From Verrucomicrobiota bacterium (GTDB lineage: Bacteria; Verrucomicrobiota; Verrucomicrobiia; Opitutales; Seribacteraceae): a stretch of 64,000 bases of DNA. The position numbers and the translations under genes are program-made. This document shows, piece after piece, positions 59,495 through 64,000 of this stretch. Location: assembly GCA_036128475.1 (NCBI GenBank), contig JAYYQI010000052.1, positions 50,065-114,064 on the forward strand, written 5' to 3'. The notes under the pieces were generated by a model. It made no database searches, was not told the DNA's origin, and saw only the letters and a list, made by a program, of their open reading frames with translations. Numbering within the stretch: position 1 is the stretch's first letter; each line of letters begins with the position of its first letter.

Positions 59495-60487
59495 TTATTG
59501 ACTTAAAAAATCCTGCACTACGGATGACGCTATTTCGCTCGGAAGCGTGAAGATGGTCACTCGGTCAACCCGGGCAATATTCAAACCAAGACATTCCCCT
59601 TTAAGATTAAAAACGGGCCCTCCCATAGCTGTTTTGTTTAAAGGAATGTCATGCTGAAAAATCATGGGAAAGTTATCTTTCCTTTTAGATACAGGACCGC
59701 TCATTTGCATATTGCGATTGAAAAGCTCAAAGGTTACTGACTTATGGCCGAGCGTTACTTCAAGTTTAAGCTTTGTATCCTTTCGATCAAGGGAAAGCTT
59801 AACCACGTCACCAGGATCTTTTTGGCTTACGATTTTTACAACTTGTTCACTGGAAACGATCTTTCTTCCGTCAATTTCACGAATTACGTCATTCATTAAG
59901 ACGCCGGCTTTGTCGGCTGCTGCTTGAGGTACGACTTCGGTAATTAGCACACCTGCCTTCGCAGATTGATTCCGTAAAAGTACGCCCATGACTCCACCTT
60001 CACGCCCAATGCTTCTCCATTTTCCACTCATTACCCCCACGCGAATTTCACTTAGGTCTTCGTATGCAGAAAGCACCCATGAACCTGCTGCGGTTTCATT
60101 TGCATCAGACCACTCTACATGGGGGAAAGAGGGGTTATCGGTTATGAGTTGATATAATGCAAGATCAGAGGATTCATCACGTTTACGAATTTTCAATTTA
60201 TACTCATTTCCATTTGCAAGTCTTGCAATTCGAGCTCCCACACAAGAACTTGCCTTAGTTAAAACAAATCCTTTGGGATCTACCAATGCTCCAAGTGCAA
60301 TCAACTTGTCATTCCGAAGTAATTTGACGGTTCCTTGTAGAGCCTTGGTCCTACTTTCCTGAAATGCATTCTGTACCGAAGTGCCATTTAGGCGAAATTC
60401 TTCAGATAAGATATCGCCCTTGTCTTGCCCAAAAATAAATCCGTAAATGGGAGTGAGGAAAAAAAGTAAAATAGGGACAGCTTTCAT
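59495..60487 (-). CDS. Trypsin-like/PDZ protein, predicted catalytically inactive
   Basis: LTKAS in place of the His motif, AMGGP in place of GDSGGP, PDZ inserted before the C-terminal lobe. Confidence 0.75.
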   Translation of the reverse strand: MKAVPILLFFLTPIYGFIFGQDKGDILSEEFRLNGTSVQNAFQESRTKALQGTVKLLRNDKLIALGALVDPKGFVLTKASSCVGARIARLANGNEYKLKIRKRDESSDLALYQLITDNPSFPHVEWSDANETAAGSWVLSAYEDLSEIRVGVMSGKWRSIGREGGVMGVLLRNQSAKAGVLITEVVPQAAADKAGVLMNDVIREIDGRKIVSSEQVVKIVSQKDPGDVVKLSLDRKDTKLKLEVTLGHKSVTFELFNRNMQMSGPVSKRKDNFPMIFQHDIPLNKTAMGGPVFNLKGECLGLNIARVDRVTIFTLPSEIASSVVQDFLSQ

Positions 60488-61518
60488 TGTGGACCTCGAT
60501 ACCCAAGTTTTATCTGCGAGGACATTGTTTTTTTACCCCTTTCGTAGGTAATCCGTAGGATCTCCCCCGGATTTTTTCCTGATATATGAATAGTAAGAGT
60601 TTCTCTCGTTTTAATCTTAATGGAATCAACTTGTTTGATGATATCTCCTGCCAGAAGTCCGGCTTGATAGGCTGGAGTATCTTCTATCACCTCGAGAATT
60701 TCCAATCCATTCAATCTTTCTTCACATCGTACTCCCAGAAAACCTCCCTGTTCAAGCCTTTCTAGAGTAAATAGTTTTTTATCTTGGAAAAATTCCCAAT
60801 TCGCATGAAAGGATTCTATCGGGATATGAAAATTCTCATCAGGTTGGCTTGAGACTCTACTATGAATAGCAATGACTTTTCCGTTAAAGTCAAACAAGGG
60901 ACCGCCAGAGTCTCCTCCAAGGAGTCGGCTATCAGTTTGCATGGTTTCGTCTTGTTTGGCGATTATTCTTCCAAGCCGGACAACGGGTCCTCGCTCAGGG
61001 TCAAATCCGCCCGGATGCCCAATTGCGAAACACCAATCTTCCACCTTGGAATCATTCCGGGGAGAAAGAGGAGCATAAGGCAAACTTTCGGAAGTCTTAA
61101 TTTTTAGCATACCAGCGTCGGATAATTCCGACCCACCCAAACTGGTTGCCCTGTATTCACGACCATCGCTTAGTTTTACATTCATTTTTTTCCCCGTGGA
61201 ACCGATAACGTGTGCCGCTGTTAGTACAAGTCCATCTTCTGAGACGATAACACCACTTCCCGCACCATCTCCAGCTTCAATGGCAACAAGACATTCCATA
61301 GTTGAGGGTAGAAGGCTTTGTAATCGATCTTGTATTTCTGTAAGATCATCAATGTTTTCCGGGAATGGTTTTTCCCAAGCACTCGCTTCATTGGAAACTT
61401 CTTTGGTTCCGGTTGCTGAATGGCAGGGGCAGATCAAACCAAATCCGACGAAACAATACGAAGCTAGTAGACCGAATGTACGAGGATTTAGTATTTTATA
61501 CATAAAATGATATAACAT
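60484..61518 (-). CDS. Trypsin-like serine protease with PDZ domain (HtrA-like)
   Basis: GSGV, LTAAHV, D in SDAG, GGDSGGP, C-terminal PDZ (GFLGV). Confidence 0.92.
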   Translation of the reverse strand: MLYHFMYKILNPRTFGLLASYCFVGFGLICPCHSATGTKEVSNEASAWEKPFPENIDDLTEIQDRLQSLLPSTMECLVAIEAGDGAGSGVIVSEDGLVLTAAHVIGSTGKKMNVKLSDGREYRATSLGGSELSDAGMLKIKTSESLPYAPLSPRNDSKVEDWCFAIGHPGGFDPERGPVVRLGRIIAKQDETMQTDSRLLGGDSGGPLFDFNGKVIAIHSRVSSQPDENFHIPIESFHANWEFFQDKKLFTLERLEQGGFLGVRCEERLNGLEILEVIEDTPAYQAGLLAGDIIKQVDSIKIKTRETLTIHISGKNPGEILRITYERGKKTMSSQIKLGYRGPQ

Positions 61519-61526
61519 TTGATAAA

Positions 61527-62426
61527 TTACTTTATGTAACCTGAAAGGCGTTTACACAAGTTAGGGAATGGAGAAAGAGAATACTTATAGAAATAGAGCG
61601 GGGTGGGGTTTGGGGAATTGTTCAAAAATGTTTTGTATTTACTTTGATTAATGTCTGAAAGGGCTGAATCTGCAATTATCAAGTCTGGTAGTAGATGCGT
61701 AGCCGTGCTTTGGGATATCATTTTTAATACCGCAGCAATTTTATTTCCCGAAAAGTTTTGAATTTCACTTTTAATCCCTTCCACCTCAGAAAATGTCGTA
61801 ATACCCTTTTTAAACTCTTCCGGATTTTCAACGCTTGTAAAAATAGTGATCTCGGGTTCGAGGGACCAAAAATCCCCATTTACTCCAACGATTTGATTCT
61901 GTGCAAAAACATATTGTCCTTTACTTGGTGCTGAGATGTAGCGGGCGAACCGAAATGCCTGTTTGTTATCTCTTGCCCATGGAGGAACGACTGCCGAATA
62001 CATTGTAGTGGTCGCATTTTGGTCAAGTCGAAGCTTGGAGGAATGGAAACAGATCGGAATTTCTGAAAATGTTCCATTTGTTTCCGTAATGGTTCTGAAG
62101 TCGTATTCATTAGAAGCAATCAAGAGATCGAATTTATCATCTCTGTTATGAATAATTTCCTCTAGCTGATCTTCGTTTTCAAAGGTTGTTATGAGATATT
62201 CGTATCCATATTCGTCGCGAAAGTGATTTGATATTTCTGCTATGCTTTCTCTTAATTCCTGTATGACCAGCAATCTCAAATCCGCATTTTCCTCTTTGGG
62301 CTGAATTTTCTTCCAAACTACTAGCATCGAGGCAAGCACCATCATTGATAATAGAGATAGGGTTACGCCTGTATATCGAGGCACTCTGAAATGCTTTTTT
62401 AATTCAGTTTTAGGTTCCCTATGCAT
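61527..62426 (-). CDS. Membrane-anchored hypothetical protein, degenerate ModA-like substrate-binding repeats
   Basis: One TM; LRESIAEISNHF..EYG and second-repeat ITTFSEVEG segments; AFRFARYI. Confidence 0.45.
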   Translation of the reverse strand: MHREPKTELKKHFRVPRYTGVTLSLLSMMVLASMLVVWKKIQPKEENADLRLLVIQELRESIAEISNHFRDEYGYEYLITTFENEDQLEEIIHNRDDKFDLLIASNEYDFRTITETNGTFSEIPICFHSSKLRLDQNATTTMYSAVVPPWARDNKQAFRFARYISAPSKGQYVFAQNQIVGVNGDFWSLEPEITIFTSVENPEEFKKGITTFSEVEGIKSEIQNFSGNKIAAVLKMISQSTATHLLPDLIIADSALSDINQSKYKTFLNNSPNPTPLYFYKYSLSPFPNLCKRLSGYIK

Positions 62427-62592
62427 GGTCTTCTATCCTTTATTTTGTAATCTTGTCGTTCAAGCTTCGATTCACTGAGGGCAAATGAAAATCTAGCTCA
62501 AGTGATTTTTTTGATTCCTATTAGAATGTTTTTAATTCGCAGTTTCAGACGAATCTTGATTCCCATTCACTTACAAATTAGAAGTAGTTTGA

Positions 62593-63321
62593 ATGTCAGC
62601 ATTTTCACAAAATGAAGAGGATCGGAGTGAGAATATAAAATACCCTTTGGTAATTGAAAATCTTCGTAAGAGCTATCCCTTACAGTCTGGGGAAGTTCAA
62701 AATGTGGTGGAGGTTGAAAGTTTTGAACTAAACCAAGGTAGCCAACTTGCCATTCAAGGGGTAAGTGGTACTGGTAAAAGTACATTTCTTAATTTGATCG
62801 CAGGTATTGTGAAACCGGATTTTGGAGTCATTCGAATGGGAGAGATTGAGCTAAGCAACCTTTCTGAGCATGCAAGAGACCGGGCGAGAGCTCAGTTAAT
62901 AGGGTATGTTTTTCAAAACTTTCACTTGCTTCAAGGGTGCACCGCCTTGGAGAATGTGATGGTATCCATGGCTATAAACCAAAATGCCACAAGGGACCGG
63001 GCTCGTGAACTAATTTCACATGTGGGATTATCGAAAAAGGAGAATTTTCTTCCATCTCAATTATCTATTGGTCAGCAACAAAGAGTTGGGATTGCGAGAG
63101 CTTTGGCCAACACACCAAAGTTGATGTTGGCAGATGAGCCAACTGGAAATTTGGATTCGGAGAACGCAAAACGATCTATCGATTTATTGTCTTCTCTATG
63201 CTCGAGTAATCATTGCACCTTGCTGGTGGTGAGTCATGATGAAAAGATAATTAACCGCTTCGAGAAATCGATGCATTGGCAAGACATCAATCGAGCAAAA
63301 GGTTTTGATTTTGAATATTAA
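62593..63321 (+). CDS. ABC transporter ATP-binding protein (LolD type)
   Basis: GVSGTGKST, LSIGQQQRVGIARA, LADEPTGNLD, VSHD. Confidence 0.93.
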   Translation: MSAFSQNEEDRSENIKYPLVIENLRKSYPLQSGEVQNVVEVESFELNQGSQLAIQGVSGTGKSTFLNLIAGIVKPDFGVIRMGEIELSNLSEHARDRARAQLIGYVFQNFHLLQGCTALENVMVSMAINQNATRDRARELISHVGLSKKENFLPSQLSIGQQQRVGIARALANTPKLMLADEPTGNLDSENAKRSIDLLSSLCSSNHCTLLVVSHDEKIINRFEKSMHWQDINRAKGFDFEY

Positions 63322-64000
63322 CTCCTCAACTGGGCTCGTAATTTTTTTGGCTCGAAAGGGCTTTAGGCAGCACTTGTTTGGATCTTTGCTGGCTGCATTT
63401 TCCATCGCTTTAGCTGGGGGACTTTTCTTGAGCACTCTAAAGATTGAAGAGCAAACAAAGGCATCTTTCAACAATGCAAATGGAGGATTTGATGCTGTAT
63501 TGGGAGCTCGTGGTTCCAAATTACAGCTGATTTTAAATGCACTTTTTCATATGGATGCTTCCCCTGGTAATCTTCCATGGGAGCAATATGAATTGATAAA
63601 GCAGACTCCTGGGGTCAAGGAGGCTTACCCAATTGCAGTGGGAGATAATTATTTTGGGTATCGTCTGGTAGGTACTGAACCAGAACTGTTTATGAACCAC
63701 GAGTGGACAACAGGAAAAAAATATCAACTGAAGAGTGGGAGAATATTTTCGACAATGGCGAAAGAGGCTTTGGTTGGTTCTTTTGTCGCTAATAAGCTGA
63801 AACTTCGGATTGGTGATAAGTTTCAACCATATCATGGTTTGAATTTCATCGAAAATACCCAGCATCAAGATATTTATGTAGTTGTTGGTATTTTGGAAGC
63901 GACAGGGACTCCAAGTGATCAAGTTATTTGGGTTCCAATAAAGGGTATACAACTGATGGACGGACATGATCAGGAGATGGCTCAATCCGTTAGTGCTGTC
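63311..64000 (+). CDS. MacB/FtsX-type ABC permease, 3'-truncated by window edge (not in ORF track)
   Basis: Open frame from TTG 63311: ..ARKGFRQHLFGSLLAAFSIALAGG..FDAVLGARGSKLQLILNALFH..GNLPW..PIAVGD. Confidence 0.85.
   Translation, partial: MNINSSTGLVIFLARKGFRQHLFGSLLAAFSIALAGGLFLSTLKIEEQTKASFNNANGGFDAVLGARGSKLQLILNALFHMDASPGNLPWEQYELIKQTPGVKEAYPIAVGDNYFGYRLVGTEPELFMNHEWTTGKKYQLKSGRIFSTMAKEALVGSFVANKLKLRIGDKFQPYHGLNFIENTQHQDIYVVVGILEATGTPSDQVIWVPIKGIQLMDGHDQEMAQSVSAV

Noticed and set aside
1-64000. CRISPR arrays, tRNA/rRNA, IS elements, prophage or defence systems
   Set aside because: No repeat-spacer arrays, RNA gene signatures, transposases, integrases or defence domains were recognised by eye, and the intergenic spaces are short

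Overview
Gene-dense, AT-rich bacterial window. The gene content (DUF1592/DUF1552 pair, Rhodopirellula/Verrucomicrobium-type ECF sigma, many PQQ-like beta-propellers, oleC/oleD) suggests a PVC-superphylum bacterium, most likely a marine Verrucomicrobiota/Opitutales; this taxonomy is inference. Bases 1-24 kb are mostly housekeeping: hisF, rho, metG, hisC, RNA methyltransferases, oleCD, trxB, tatD, sulP and an ECF sigma/anti-sigma pair. The standout feature is a tightly packed 18-gene, 22.4-kb + strand operon (24647-47092) divergent from a MarR regulator. It encodes a chorismate-lyase-like protein, a flavin-dependent halogenase, an EhpF/GriC + EhpG/GriD-type arylcarboxylate reductase pair, an Fe-alcohol dehydrogenase, a non-HemN/non-HemW HemN-like radical SAM enzyme, a CxxC-containing GT4, a PaaK-like ligase, a 4HBT thioesterase, three exported PQQ-like beta-propellers, an SSS importer and a LolD/FtsX-type ABC system. 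It has no PKS, NRPS or carrier-protein core. I interpret it as a candidate uncharacterised pathway to a modified (halogenated/methylated/glycosylated) hydroxybenzyl compound or cofactor. The right part holds a DUF1592/DUF1552 pair, a ThuA pseudogene, a two-component system, an FGE-like lipoprotein, an active/dead protease pair and a second ABC system. I saw no rRNA, tRNA, CRISPR or mobile element. All family assignments come from motif recognition by eye, not database searches.
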